A model generated the notes under the pieces. That model ran no database searches, was not told the DNA's origin, and saw only the letters and a program-made list of their open reading frames with translations. 24,161 nt of DNA, taken from contig JAIOJO010000067.1 in the NCBI GenBank assembly GCA_019911985.1, forward strand, positions 1 to 24,161. The letters are read 5' to 3'. The position numbers and the translations under genes are program-made. Below are positions 1 through 9,371 of the stretch, piece by piece. Each line of letters opens with the position of its first letter. The first letter of the stretch is position 1. This DNA comes from Sulfuricellaceae bacterium. Lineage in GTDB: Bacteria; Pseudomonadota; Gammaproteobacteria; Burkholderiales; UBA9220.

Positions 1-4
1 GTAA

Positions 5-211
5 ATGGGTTCATTTAGCATTTGGCATTGGTTGATCGTGTTGGTTATCTTCGGCACCAAGAAACTGCGCAATGTCGGCAGCGATTTGGGCGGGGCGGTG
101 AAAAACTTCAAGGAGGCGATGAAGGAAGGGGAAAAGGAACCCGCGCAACTGGATTCCCACGGCCAGGGGCAAACCATCGAAGGCGAAGTGAAGGAGAAGG
201 TGAAGTCCTAA
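5..211 (+). CDS. tatA: Twin-arginine translocase subunit TatA (N-terminal TM helix looks 4 residues short)
   Basis: MGSFSIWHW...[21 protein letters not shown] is the typical TatA N-terminus, hinge and amphipathic helix; first gene of the tatABC order. Confidence 0.95.
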   Translation: MGSFSIWHWLIVLVIFGTKKLRNVGSDLGGAVKNFKEAMKEGEKEPAQLDSHGQGQTIEGEVKEKVKS

Positions 212-245
212 GCGGCTTCCCTCTTTATACGGACTACCTCAGACT

Positions 246-620
246 ATGTTCGATATCGGTTTTTCGGAATTGCTGGTCATCGGCGTGGTGGCGCTGGTGG
301 TAATCGGGCCGGAGCGCCTGCCTAAAGTGGCGCGCACCGCCGGCCTGCTGCTTGGACGCATGCAGCGCTACGCCGCCCAAGTGAAGGCGGAGGTCGATCG
401 CGAAATGAAACTGGAGGAGTTGCATAAGCTGCAAGATCAGTTCCGCCAAGCCGATGCGACGGCCCGGCATGTGATCCTGGAAGAAAAGCAGGGTATCGAG
501 CAGCAGGTTCAAGCCCTGGGTGAATCCGTTCACGCCGAGCCCGGCCATGTTCCACCGGCGCCGGACAAATCGCCTTCCCTTACGGAAACGCCGGCCGCGC
601 CGGGCGAAAAACAGGTTTAA
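246..620 (+). CDS. tatB: Twin-arginine translocase subunit TatB
   Basis: [26 protein letters not shown] signature; lies between tatA and tatC. Confidence 0.96.
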   Translation: MFDIGFSELLVIGVVALVVIGPERLPKVARTAGLLLGRMQRYAAQVKAEVDREMKLEELHKLQDQFRQADATARHVILEEKQGIEQQVQALGESVHAEPGHVPPAPDKSPSLTETPAAPGEKQV

Positions 621-629
621 AACGGCGCC

Positions 630-1448
630 ATGAACGACGAGCTAGCGGGCGCGACCGAATCCTTGATTACGCATTTGCTGGAATTGCGTACCCGTTTGAT
701 CCGTTCGATGATCGCCGTCGGACTGATATTCGTCGCGCTATTCCCTTTCGCCTCGAAGCTCTACGCGCTGCTGGCAAGGCCTCTTCTGGCGGCCCTGCCC
801 AAGGGCGGGCAGATGATCGCCACCGAAGTCACCACGCCCTTTCTCGTGCCGATGAAAGTGGCGATGATGACGTCCTTCGTGATCGCGCTGCCTTACGTGA
901 TGTATCAATTGTGGGCTTTTGTCGCGCCGGGCTTGTATGCCCATGAAAAACGGCTCGCCGCGCCGCTGGTCGCCGCCAGCACCTTCTTGTTTCTGTGCGG
1001 CATGGCTTTCGCTTACTTCCTGGTGTTTCCCACGGTTTTCCACTTTATTACCGCTACCGCGCCTCAAGGGGTGGCGGTGATGACCGACATCAACAAGTAT
1101 TTGGATTTTGTGCTGACCTTGTTCATGGCTTTCGGCGTCACCTTCGAGGTGCCGATAGCCGTTGTGTTGCTGGTGCGTATGGGTTTTGTCAGCACGGCTA
1201 AGCTCAAGGAAATCAGGCCCTATGTGTTTGTTGGCGCGTTTGTTGTCGGCGCGGTTTTTACGCCGCCGGATATCGTCTCCCAGTTCATGCTGGCGATACC
1301 GCTGTGGCTGCTGTATGAATTGGGTATTTGGGCGTCCGTGCTGATTGCGCGTCCGGTCGAGGGGGACGCCTACCAGCCCCTCAGCGAAGACGAGATGGAG
1401 CGAGAGCTGGACGCCATCGAGGTAAGGCAGAAGAATAGCGGCGAATAA
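630..1448 (+). CDS. tatC: Twin-arginine translocase subunit TatC
   Basis: HLLELRTRL N-terminus, multiple hydrophobic segments, FVAPGLY, FEVP and TPPD motifs. Confidence 0.97.
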   Translation: MNDELAGATESLITHLLELRTRLIRSMIAVGLIFVALFPFASKLYALLARPLLAALPKGGQMIATEVTTPFLVPMKVAMMTSFVIALPYVMYQLWAFVAPGLYAHEKRLAAPLVAASTFLFLCGMAFAYFLVFPTVFHFITATAPQGVAVMTDINKYLDFVLTLFMAFGVTFEVPIAVVLLVRMGFVSTAKLKEIRPYVFVGAFVVGAVFTPPDIVSQFMLAIPLWLLYELGIWASVLIARPVEGDAYQPLSEDEMERELDAIEVRQKNSGE

Positions 1449-1637
1449 GGCTTGCCCGAAAATTCGGCGCTATGTTGGAGTATAGAGCGCAGGCCAAGGA
1501 ATAAGGCCGGCGCTGGTGCGTTTCACTACAAGCGGTTTGCGATTCCACACATTCGCGGCCCCGCTCCTCGTGTTTTACATCCATCGCGGATTAGCGGTCA
1601 AGGCTGCGTCTATGTGGGTTCTCTCAGTCGGCTGGTT

Positions 1638-2783
1638 TTATTCGCTTGGCCGGGCGGTGGGCGGCGGACGTTTGCCGATTTTGATCCGCAACTCGAGTTC
1701 GGACCGATTGCGCCGCACGGCGAATTCGGCCGTGCTGCCGGGGGCGAGCGCCGAGATCATGTTCAATAGGGCCGAGGAGTCGTTTACGGCCTTGCCGTTT
1801 ACCCTGAGCAAGATGTCCCCCGGCTTCATGCCTGCCCGATCCGCTGGGCCGCTACGAAGAACGCCGCCGATTAAGGTTCCCTGGGCAGACGGAAAATTGA
1901 GCGCCTGAGCGAGTTCCGGAGTGATGTCCTGCATCTCCACACCGATCCAGCCGCGCGTGACGCTGCCATGCTGGATAATCTGCTCCATCACTTTTTTGGC
2001 AATGCTGACCGGTATGGCGAATCCGATCCCCAGCGAACCGCCGCTGCGGGAATAGATCGCGCTGTTGATGCCCACCACGTTGCCGGCTTCGTCTATGAGA
2101 CCACCGCCGGAATTGCCCGGGTTGATGGCGGCATCGGTTTGGATGAAGTTTTCGAAGGTATTGATGCCCAGGTGGGAGCGCCCCAGAGCGCTGACGATAC
2201 CCATCGTGACCGTCTGCCCGACGCCGAAGGGATTGCCGATCGCCAGCACCACGTCGCCTACCTCAAGCTTCTCCGACTGGCCGAAGGTGGCGAAAGGGAG
2301 ATTGGGCAAGTCGATTTTAAGTACCGCCAAGTCGGTATCGGGGTCGCCGCCGACAATGCGAGCGGACGCGCTGCGTCCGTCGCCTAGCGCCACTTCGATT
2401 TCATCGGCGGACTCGACCACATGGTGATTGGTCAGGATATAACCTTGGGAGCTGACGATCACACCCGAACCCAAGCTCGATACGCGCTGTGGCATGGCAT
2501 CGAGTTGCTCGCCAAAGAAACGGCGGAACAGCGGATCGTCTAGTAAAGGGTTGCGCGGCGCGCGTGTTTCCTTGCTGGTATAGATGCTGACCACGGCCGG
2601 CATGGCTCTTTTGACGGCACGGCTGTAGGATTGAACCTGGGCAACGCGTTGCGGCGCTTGGGCTTCCTGAACCGTAACGGTGCCGCCGCCTTCTTGCGGC
2701 GTGGGATGCCAGTAGGAGAGGGCGAACAACACAGCTAAGCTGATTGTTACGGTTTGTGCGAAAATAAGCCAAAGTTTACGCAT
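1638..2783 (-). CDS. degS: HtrA/Do-family serine protease, DegS/AlgW-like (N-terminal anchor, single PDZ)
   Basis: Catalytic motifs TNHHVV, DLAVL and GNSGG; one C-terminal PDZ-like domain. Start taken at ATG 2783 (MRKLWLIF). The degS versus degQ label is inferred from architecture. Confidence 0.88.
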   Translation of the reverse strand: MRKLWLIFAQTVTISLAVLFALSYWHPTPQEGGGTVTVQEAQAPQRVAQVQSYSRAVKRAMPAVVSIYTSKETRAPRNPLLDDPLFRRFFGEQLDAMPQRVSSLGSGVIVSSQGYILTNHHVVESADEIEVALGDGRSASARIVGGDPDTDLAVLKIDLPNLPFATFGQSEKLEVGDVVLAIGNPFGVGQTVTMGIVSALGRSHLGINTFENFIQTDAAINPGNSGGGLIDEAGNVVGINSAIYSRSGGSLGIGFAIPVSIAKKVMEQIIQHGSVTRGWIGVEMQDITPELAQALNFPSAQGTLIGGVLRSGPADRAGMKPGDILLRVNGKAVNDSSALLNMISALAPGSTAEFAVRRNRSELELRIKIGKRPPPTARPSE

Positions 2784-2865
2784 GGTGCGTTTATGGGCAG
2801 TTGTTGACAAGGTTGCGAGTGGCTCTGAAGAGGCGTGCCATTCTGTTGAAAGCTTGAACCGAACT

Positions 2866-3612
2866 ATGTTGCTATACGACCTGGAAAATTATACCGGACA
2901 ACTGCTGGCAACGGCGGATTTCCACGATTACTGTCCCAACGGCTTGCAGGTGGAAGGGCGTAGCGAGGTGCGCTCGCTGGTGAGCGGCGTGTCGGCCGGC
3001 TTGGATTTGCTGCAGGCGGCTTTGGCTCTGGGCGCTGACGCGGTGTTGGTGCACCACGGCTATTTCTGGAAAAACGAGGATCCCTGTGTGGTCGGCGTCA
3101 AGCGGCGGCGCCTGGAGCTGTTGCTGCGTCACGATATTAGCCTGCTGGCCTACCATCTCCCTCTGGATGCCCATCCCGGATTGGGTAACAACGCGCAACT
3201 GGCGGCGATGCTGGGCTTGGTGGATGAGGGCGGCTTCGAGGAGCAGAATATCGGGCGTCACGGTGTGCTGGAGCGCCCGCAGACTTTGGCCGAATGGACC
3301 GCTTTGGTGGCCGGCCAATTGCAGCGCGCTCCCCTGGTGATCGGTGACGAGAGCCGGCTCATTCGCCGCGTTGCCTGGTGTAGCGGCGGAGCGCAAGATT
3401 ATTTCACCGAAGCGGTAAAGCTGGGCGTGGATGCTTTCCTCACCGGTGAAATATCCGAGCACAACGTACATCTTGCGCGAGAGTCCGGCGTGGCTTTCAT
3501 CAGCGCCGGGCACTACGCGACCGAGCGTTATGGCGTGCAGGCATTGGGCGATCATTTGGCACGTCATTTCGGCCTGCAGCACCAGTTTGTCGATGTGCCC
3601 AATCCCGTTTAA
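2866..3612 (+). CDS. ybgI: Nif3-like dinuclear metal centre protein (YbgI family)
   Basis: DYCPNGLQVEG, VHHG, YHLPLDAH, TGE and GHYATE motifs. Start taken at ATG 2866. Confidence 0.93.
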   Translation: MLLYDLENYTGQLLATADFHDYCPNGLQVEGRSEVRSLVSGVSAGLDLLQAALALGADAVLVHHGYFWKNEDPCVVGVKRRRLELLLRHDISLLAYHLPLDAHPGLGNNAQLAAMLGLVDEGGFEEQNIGRHGVLERPQTLAEWTALVAGQLQRAPLVIGDESRLIRRVAWCSGGAQDYFTEAVKLGVDAFLTGEISEHNVHLARESGVAFISAGHYATERYGVQALGDHLARHFGLQHQFVDVPNPV

Positions 3613-3852
3613 AAAGTTGTTCCTAAAGAAAAAATAATTTATTCGAATGGCGTCATGGCTTGCGGGCTATGCGCATTTCCGGCAGGAAATCCGCTCCCGT
3701 AAAAGTCCGCGTTGAGCATTCCGAAGCGCCATGCGTGGCAGTCTATTTAGACTTAAAATAAGCCAAATTTTCACGAGGGGCTTAAGTTTCCGCTGAAAAC
3801 GGGTTACAATGCGACGGTTTAATTTTGGCTACCTTCTACAGGAAATTGGGCT

Positions 3853-4446
3853 ATGAGCAATGACGCAGTAGATCGCAATAAACGGCGGTTTCTAGTTGCC
3901 GCGACAACCGCCATGGGTGGCGTGGCCGCAGCAGCAGTGGCTGTTCCCTTTGTATCCAGCATGTTACCCAGCGAGCGCGCCAAAGCGGCCGGTGCCCCGG
4001 TGGAGGTCAACATCAGCAAAGTCGAGCCGGGCATGCTCCTGGCCGTCGAGTGGCGCGGCAAGCCGGTATGGGTGGTAAACCGCACCAAGGAAATGCTGGA
4101 TATGTTGTCTAAGCACGACGACAGGCTGGTGGACCCCACCTCGGATCAGCCGCAGCAACCCGAGTATTGCAAAAATCCAACGCGCTCGATCAAGCCCCAG
4201 TACCTCGTAGCGGTAGGTATCTGCACCCACCTCGGCTGCTCGCCGACCTACCGCAAGGATGTAGCGGCGGCGGATCTCGGCGCCGATTGGCCCGGCGGCT
4301 TCTTCTGCCCCTGCCACGGTTCCCGTTTCGACCTGGCGGTGCGCGTATTTAAAGGCTCTCCGGCCCCGACCAACCTGGTCATTCCTCCGTATAAATATCT
4401 CAGTGATACCCGCCTTTTAATTGGCGACGACAGTAAGGGAGCCTAA
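3853..4446 (+). CDS. petA: Cytochrome bc1 Rieske iron-sulfur subunit
   Basis: CTHLGC and CPCHGS boxes; twin-arginine KRRFL signal/anchor. Confidence 0.97.
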   Translation: MSNDAVDRNKRRFLVAATTAMGGVAAAAVAVPFVSSMLPSERAKAAGAPVEVNISKVEPGMLLAVEWRGKPVWVVNRTKEMLDMLSKHDDRLVDPTSDQPQQPEYCKNPTRSIKPQYLVAVGICTHLGCSPTYRKDVAAADLGADWPGGFFCPCHGSRFDLAVRVFKGSPAPTNLVIPPYKYLSDTRLLIGDDSKGA

Positions 4447-4449
4447 TCG

Positions 4450-5685
4450 ATGAATAGCATGACCCGTCTGCTTGGTTGGATTGACGACCGCTTTCCTCTG
4501 ACGTCCAACTGGAAAACGCATCTATCCGAGTACTATGCGCCGAAGAATTTCAATTTCTGGTATTTCTTCGGTTCTCTTGCGCTGTTGGTTTTGGTTATCC
4601 AAATCGTCAGCGGCATTTTCCTGACTATGAACTACAAGCCGGATGCAAACCTGGCCTTCGCCTCGGTCGAATACATCATGCGTGATGTGCACTGGGGCTG
4701 GTTGATCCGCTATGTTCATTCCACCGGCGCCTCGATGTTTTTCGTGGTGGTGTACCTGCATATGTTCCGCGGACTGATTTACGGCTCGTACCGCAAGCCG
4801 CGCGAATTGGTATGGATATTCGGCATGCTGATTTATTTGGCGCTGATGGCGGAAGCCTTTATGGGTTATTTGCTGCCTTGGGGCCAAATGTCCTACTGGG
4901 GGGCGCAGGTGATCATTAACCTGTTCACCGCGATTCCCTTTGTCGGACCCGACATCTCCGAATGGATCCGCGGCGATTTCGTGATTTCCGATGCCACCTT
5001 GAATCGCTTTTTTGCCTTCCACGTCATAGCCGTGCCCCTGGTGCTGCTGGGCTTGGTCGTGGCGCACATTATTGCGTTGCACGAAGTGGGTTCCAACAAT
5101 CCAGACGGCATCGAGATCAAGAAGAACAAAGACCCCGTTACGCACATCCCGCTCGATGGGATTCCTTTCCACCCGTATTACACGGTGAAGGATATCGTCG
5201 GCGTGGTCGTGTTTTTAATGGTGTTTTCCGCGATCCTGTTCTTCGCTCCGGACATGAACGGATTCTTCCTGGAGGCCAACAACTTTATCCCGGCCGACTC
5301 CTTGAAGACGCCGCCGCACATTGCGCCGGTCTGGTATTTCACGCCGTTCTACGCCATCTTGCGCGCCGTCCCGCCCTTGTTCGGCTCTCAGTTTCCGGGC
5401 GTGGTCGTGATGGGCGTGGCCGTGGTTATCCTGTTCTTCCTGCCTTGGCTGGATCGTGCGCCGGTTAAATCCATTCGTTACCGCGGTCCGATCTTCAAAG
5501 TCGCGCTGGCCTTGTTTGTCATCAGCTTCTTTGGTTTGGGGTATCTCGGCGTGCAGCCGGTAACGCCCACTTATACCCTGTTTTCCAGGATCTTCTCGGT
5601 GATTTATTTAGCCTTTTTCATCCTGATGCCGTGGTATACCAAAATCGACAAATCCAAACCAGAACCGAAACGGGTTACGGGGTAA
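4450..5685 (+). CDS. petB: Cytochrome b
   Basis: YVHSTGAS, YLHMF, FHVI and AHII heme-ligand segments; PWGQMSYWG; PVWY Qo-site motif. Confidence 0.98.
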   Translation: MNSMTRLLGWIDDRFPLTSNWKTHLSEYYAPKNFNFWYFFGSLALLVLVIQIVSGIFLTMNYKPDANLAFASVEYIMRDVHWGWLIRYVHSTGASMFFVVVYLHMFRGLIYGSYRKPRELVWIFGMLIYLALMAEAFMGYLLPWGQMSYWGAQVIINLFTAIPFVGPDISEWIRGDFVISDATLNRFFAFHVIAVPLVLLGLVVAHIIALHEVGSNNPDGIEIKKNKDPVTHIPLDGIPFHPYYTVKDIVGVVVFLMVFSAILFFAPDMNGFFLEANNFIPADSLKTPPHIAPVWYFTPFYAILRAVPPLFGSQFPGVVVMGVAVVILFFLPWLDRAPVKSIRYRGPIFKVALALFVISFFGLGYLGVQPVTPTYTLFSRIFSVIYLAFFILMPWYTKIDKSKPEPKRVTG

Positions 5686-5699
5686 TGATAATGAACATA

Positions 5700-6428
5700 A
5701 TGAAAAAACTTTTGTTATTGGCCTTGTTGGTGCCGAGCCTCGCGCTGGCTAACGAAGAAGGGCCTAACCTGGATCAGGCCCATTACGATCTAGGCGATCA
5801 GGCCTCGCTGCAGCGCGGTGCCAAAGTCTTCGTCAACTACTGCTTGAGCTGCCATAGCGCGAACTATATGCGCTATAGCCGTCTGGAGCAGATCGGTCTG
5901 AGCGAAAAGCAAATCAAGGAAAACTTGCTGTTCGCGGGCGAAAAAGTCGGCGAGACCATGAATGTGGCCTTGAACCCCAAGGAAGCGAAGGGATTTTTCG
6001 GTGCCACGCCGCCCGACCTTAGCGTGATAGCGCGCTCCCGCGGCGCCGATTGGCTCTATACGTACCTGCGCGGCTTTTACCGTGACGATACCCGCCCGAC
6101 GGGCTGGAACAACACGGTATTCGACAAGGTCGGCATGCCCCATGTGCTATACCAGTTGCAGGGCGAGCAGGTATTGCACGTCGAAGAGCATGAGGATAGC
6201 CACGGCGTCAAACATGAAGTCAAAACGCTAGTCCTGGCTAAGCCGGGCACCATGAAACCCGCCGAATACGATGCCCTGGTAGGCGATCTCGTCAACTACC
6301 TGGTGTTTATGGGCGAGCCCGCGCAGCAACAGCGCAAGGCGCTTGGGATCGTGGTTTTGCTATTCCTCGGACTTTTCTTCGTGGTGGCTTACTACCTTAA
6401 GAAAGAATACTGGAAAGATATTCACTAA
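5700..6428 (+). CDS. petC: Cytochrome c1
   Basis: Signal peptide MKKLLLL, CLSCH heme motif, PPDL, C-terminal TM and EYWKDIH. Alternative in-frame ATGs at 5685 and 5691. Confidence 0.96.
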   Translation: MKKLLLLALLVPSLALANEEGPNLDQAHYDLGDQASLQRGAKVFVNYCLSCHSANYMRYSRLEQIGLSEKQIKENLLFAGEKVGETMNVALNPKEAKGFFGATPPDLSVIARSRGADWLYTYLRGFYRDDTRPTGWNNTVFDKVGMPHVLYQLQGEQVLHVEEHEDSHGVKHEVKTLVLAKPGTMKPAEYDALVGDLVNYLVFMGEPAQQQRKALGIVVLLFLGLFFVVAYYLKKEYWKDIH

Positions 6429-6448
6429 GCTCTCATGCTGGTGACATG

Positions 6449-6486
6449 TCGGCCCGCGGAAAGTTTACTCCGCGGGCCGATTTTTT
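6449..6486 (+). terminator. Rho-independent terminator of petABC
   Basis: 12-bp stem TCGGCCCGCGGA/TCCGCGGGCCGA, 8-nt loop, followed by TTTTTT. Confidence 0.88.
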
Positions 6487-6621
6487 AATTTCCCCATGAA
6501 TCTTTTTTTATAAGCGAATTAACGGCTTAGGCTGTCGGGCTTGAAATTTATTTTCGATCCGGCTAAGTTACTATTTTTTCCTGGTAACCAAGCCCCTCTT
6601 CTTAAGTGGCAGCAAAAAATT

Positions 6622-7221
6622 ATGATGACACTCTATTCCGGCACAAGCTGCCCATTCAGTCAGCGTTGCCGTATCGTTCTGCATGAAAAAGGTATGGACT
6701 TCCAGGTGATTGATGTGGATATGCACAACAAGCCTGAAGACCTCGCCGCTATCAATCCGTACAATAAAGTCCCCGCTCTGATAGAGCGCGATTTGGTACT
6801 GTATGAAGCCAATATCATCAACGAATATATCGACGAGCGCTTCCCTCACCCGCAACTGATGCCGGCCGATCCGGTGATGCGCGCGCGGGCTCGCCTCTTG
6901 CTGCATAATTTCGAGCAAGAGTTGTTCGCTGAAATCGAAAAACTCGAAAGCGGCACGCAAAAAGTAGCGGACAAGGCACGTGTTGAAATTCGCGATAATT
7001 TGAGCCAAATCGCCCCGATATTTGCGAAACAAAAATATATGCTGGGCGAAGAGTTTTCCATGCTCGATGTCGCTATCGCGCCGTTGCTGTGGCGCTTGGA
7101 TCATTACGGCATCCAACTGCCTAAGCAGACGGCTCCTCTGCTCAAATATGCCGAACGCCTGTTCAGCCGCCCGGCGTTTATCGATGCCTTGACGCCATCC
7201 GAGCGAGTCATGCGTAAATGA
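6622..7221 (+). CDS. sspA: Stringent starvation protein A (GST fold)
   Basis: MMTLYSGTSCPFSQRCR, NPYNKVPAL, EYIDERFPHPQLMPADP; petC-sspA-sspB order. Confidence 0.95.
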   Translation: MMTLYSGTSCPFSQRCRIVLHEKGMDFQVIDVDMHNKPEDLAAINPYNKVPALIERDLVLYEANIINEYIDERFPHPQLMPADPVMRARARLLLHNFEQELFAEIEKLESGTQKVADKARVEIRDNLSQIAPIFAKQKYMLGEEFSMLDVAIAPLLWRLDHYGIQLPKQTAPLLKYAERLFSRPAFIDALTPSERVMRK

Positions 7222-7637
7222 GCGACGTGACGACCAAGCCCTATTTGATACGCGCGATCTACGAATGGTGCAGCGACAACGGCTATACCCCCTATTTGGC
7301 CGTACAGGTTAGCCCGCGCACGCAAGTTCCTCTAGAGCACGTCAAAGACGGCCAAATCGTCCTGAGCTTAAGTTCTACCGCTGTCCGTAATTTGCTGATG
7401 GGTAACGAGTTCGTTGAATTTTCGGCGCGTTTTTCCGGAACGGCACGGCAGATTCTCGTCCCTATTGCTTCCGTTATCGGTATCTACGCGCGTGAAAACG
7501 GCCAGGGTTTATTCTTTGCTGCCGAAGAAGAAACCGAGCAGGCCGACGCGGAAGCGAGGAGCGAAACGCCGACGGCGGATAAGCCCGGCGAGCCAAGCCC
7601 TCCCCGCGGCAGACCTTCCCTGAAGATCGTAAAATAG
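7218..7637 (+). CDS. sspB: ClpXP adaptor SspB
   Basis: KPYLIRAIYEWC, ARFSG, YARENGQG, C-terminal PSLKIVK ClpX-binding tail; ATGA overlap with sspA. Confidence 0.95.
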   Translation: MSDVTTKPYLIRAIYEWCSDNGYTPYLAVQVSPRTQVPLEHVKDGQIVLSLSSTAVRNLLMGNEFVEFSARFSGTARQILVPIASVIGIYARENGQGLFFAAEEETEQADAEARSETPTADKPGEPSPPRGRPSLKIVK

Positions 7638-7660
7638 TTCTCCAGAACGGTTTTTAGTGG

Positions 7661-7689
7661 TTTTACGGCTAGTTTAAAACCTCTATAAT
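7661..7689 (+). promoter_or_regulatory. Sigma70-like promoter of tRNA-Thr
   Basis: TTTTAC-17 bp-TATAAT (7684-7689) ending 9 bp before the tRNA. Confidence 0.6.
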
Positions 7690-7698
7690 CCGTCTCTC

Positions 7699-7774
7699 GC
7701 CGGCATAGCTCAGTTGGTAGAGCAGCTGATTTGTAATCAGAAGGTCGAGGGTTCGATTCCTTTTGCCGGCACCA
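7699..7774 (+). tRNA. tRNA-Thr(TGT)
   Basis: 76-nt cloverleaf: acceptor GCCGGCA/TGCCGGC, D arm, anticodon loop TT-TGT-AA, TTCGATT T-loop, encoded CCA. Confidence 0.97.
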
Positions 7775-7775
7775 A
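7756..7775 (+). repeat. attL core (tRNA 3' end)
   Basis: Direct repeat partner of 15280-15298. Confidence 0.88.
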
Positions 7776-7800
7776 ATAACATTCCAAGCAGTACCGAAAT

Positions 7801-7842
7801 AGGCCGCAAACCACGATAAACAGAGGGTTTGCGGCCTTTTTT
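7801..7842 (+). terminator. Element-supplied terminator downstream of the tRNA
   Basis: 12-bp stem AGGCCGCAAACC/GGTTTGCGGCCT followed by a T run. Confidence 0.75.
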
Positions 7843-7873
7843 ACGTCCTAACCAGTCCGAACCGGGCCTATTG

Positions 7874-7946
7874 ATACCCCCGAAACATGGGGGTATATTC
7901 TGGGGTACATCACATGCCAATGTGATTTACAGAAGGATATACCCCC
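7874..7946. repeat. Left cluster of GGGGGTAT motifs (probable integrase arm sites)
   Basis: ATACCCCC 7874-7881, GGGGGTAT 7889-7896, TGGGGTAC 7901-7908, ATACCCCC 7939-7946; matched by a pair at the right end. Confidence 0.65.
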
Positions 7947-7949
7947 ACC

Positions 7950-9188
7950 ATGGCACTTAAAGACCTGGAAATACGCAACGCCAAGCCACTCGATAAGCCC
8001 TATAAGCTCGCAGACAGTGGGGGTATGTACCTTGAAATCAGGCCCAACGGCTCGAAGTATTGGCGCCTGAAATACCGCTTCGGAGGAAAAGAGAAGCTGC
8101 TGGCGCTGGGGGTATATTCAGCACCAGGGCGCCCAGCTTCCGAAGCCGTCACATTGACCGAGGCGCGCAAGCGGATGGCCGAGGCCAAGAAACAGATTCG
8201 GGACGGCATAGACCCCTCCCACCAGCGCAAGGTGGAGAAGATCACCAAGACACAGAACACAGCAAACACCTTTGAAGGCGTGGCCGATGAATGGCTGGAA
8301 AAGTTCGGCGTCAAGAAAGCAGCGTCAACCATGGAGAAAACCCGCTTTATCCTCCGGCGTGATGTGTTCCCGTGGCTGGGGGCGCTACCCATTGCGGAAA
8401 TCAAGCCTTCCGACCTACTGGCAGTCCTGCAAAGGATTGAAAGCCGTGGCGCCCTGGAGACTGCCCACCGTGCGAAGCAATACGCTGGGCAGATATTCCG
8501 CTACGCCGTGGGCACCAAGCGAGCCGAGCGGGATATAACGCAAGACCTCAAGGGCTCACTGCCCGCCCCCAACGTGAAGCACCGAGCAGCCATTACCGAC
8601 CCCGTAAAGTTCGGTGAACTGATCCGCGCCATTGATGGCTTCAATGGAACATTCACGGTCAAGTGTGCCTTGAAGTTGGCACCTCTGATCTTTGTGCGCC
8701 CCGGCGAGCTGCGACAGACGGAATGGTCCTGGGTGGATATGGACGCCGCGACGATCTGCTACCCAGCTTCCGTGATGAAAATGCGAGAGGATCACATAGT
8801 CCCGCTATCCAACCAGGCGCTTGAAATCCTGCGAGAGATTCAGCCGCTTACCGGGCGCGGCAAGTATGTATTCCCCAGCATCCGAACCGGAGAACAACCC
8901 ATGAGCGAGGCGTCGATTAACGCGGCACTTCGGCGCCTTGGGTACGACAAGACGGAAATGACCGGCCACGGATTCAGGGCAGCCGCCAGGACGATCATGG
9001 ATGAGGTGCTGGGCTTCCGTGTTGACCTGATAGAGCATCAGCTCGCCCATGCCGTCAAAGACCCCAACGGACGGGCCTACAACCGCACGGCGCACCTTCC
9101 CCAACGGAGGGAAATGATGCAAGGCTGGGCAGATTATATTGACGGGCTGGCGAGCGGCGCGAAGGTGTTGCCGTTCAAGGCTGCGTAG
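7950..9188 (+). CDS. int: P4-family tyrosine integrase with N-terminal arm-binding domain
   Basis: KPYKLADSGGMYLEI..NGSKYWRLKYRFGGKEKLLALG N-domain; catalytic R (VRPGE), HGFR, QLAH and AYNR all intact. Confidence 0.97.
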   Translation: MALKDLEIRNAKPLDKPYKLADSGGMYLEIRPNGSKYWRLKYRFGGKEKLLALGVYSAPGRPASEAVTLTEARKRMAEAKKQIRDGIDPSHQRKVEKITKTQNTANTFEGVADEWLEKFGVKKAASTMEKTRFILRRDVFPWLGALPIAEIKPSDLLAVLQRIESRGALETAHRAKQYAGQIFRYAVGTKRAERDITQDLKGSLPAPNVKHRAAITDPVKFGELIRAIDGFNGTFTVKCALKLAPLIFVRPGELRQTEWSWVDMDAATICYPASVMKMREDHIVPLSNQALEILREIQPLTGRGKYVFPSIRTGEQPMSEASINAALRRLGYDKTEMTGHGFRAAARTIMDEVLGFRVDLIEHQLAHAVKDPNGRAYNRTAHLPQRREMMQGWADYIDGLASGAKVLPFKAA

Positions 9189-9287
9189 GAGCATCACCGC
9201 CGCCTGACGGTTTCAGGTAAAAGCGGCGGCAAGGGTGCGTGAACACCCGAACCGCCTGACCATAACGCAACTGCAAGGAGTTACATC

Positions 9288-9371
9288 ATGGCTACCGCCG
9301 ATTCTACATCACGCAACATCGCCGCATCGCAAAGCACGGACCGCGAAGTCAAGAAAGGAGGTGCGGAATGA
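9288..9371 (+). CDS. Putative 27-aa leader peptide (MATADSTSRNIAASQSTDREVKKGGAE)
   Basis: AAGGAG RBS before ATG 9288; TGA overlaps the ATG of the next ORF (ATGA). Too short for the supplied ORF track. Confidence 0.5.
   Translation: MATADSTSRNIAASQSTDREVKKGGAE

Noticed and set aside
1449-1637. Short ORFs across the tatC-degS gap
   Set aside because: No RBS or family motifs, and they overlap real genes; no convincing RNA structure seen.
5326-5337. PVWY instead of PEWY in cytochrome b
   Set aside because: Normal variant in Beta- and Gammaproteobacteria.
5-7637. tat genes adjacent to a Tat-dependent Rieske operon
   Set aside because: Well-known conserved tat-degS-nif3-pet-ssp synteny, not novel.
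7747-7763. Two G-U pairs in the tRNA T-stem
   Set aside because: Within normal tRNA variation; the cloverleaf is otherwise intact.
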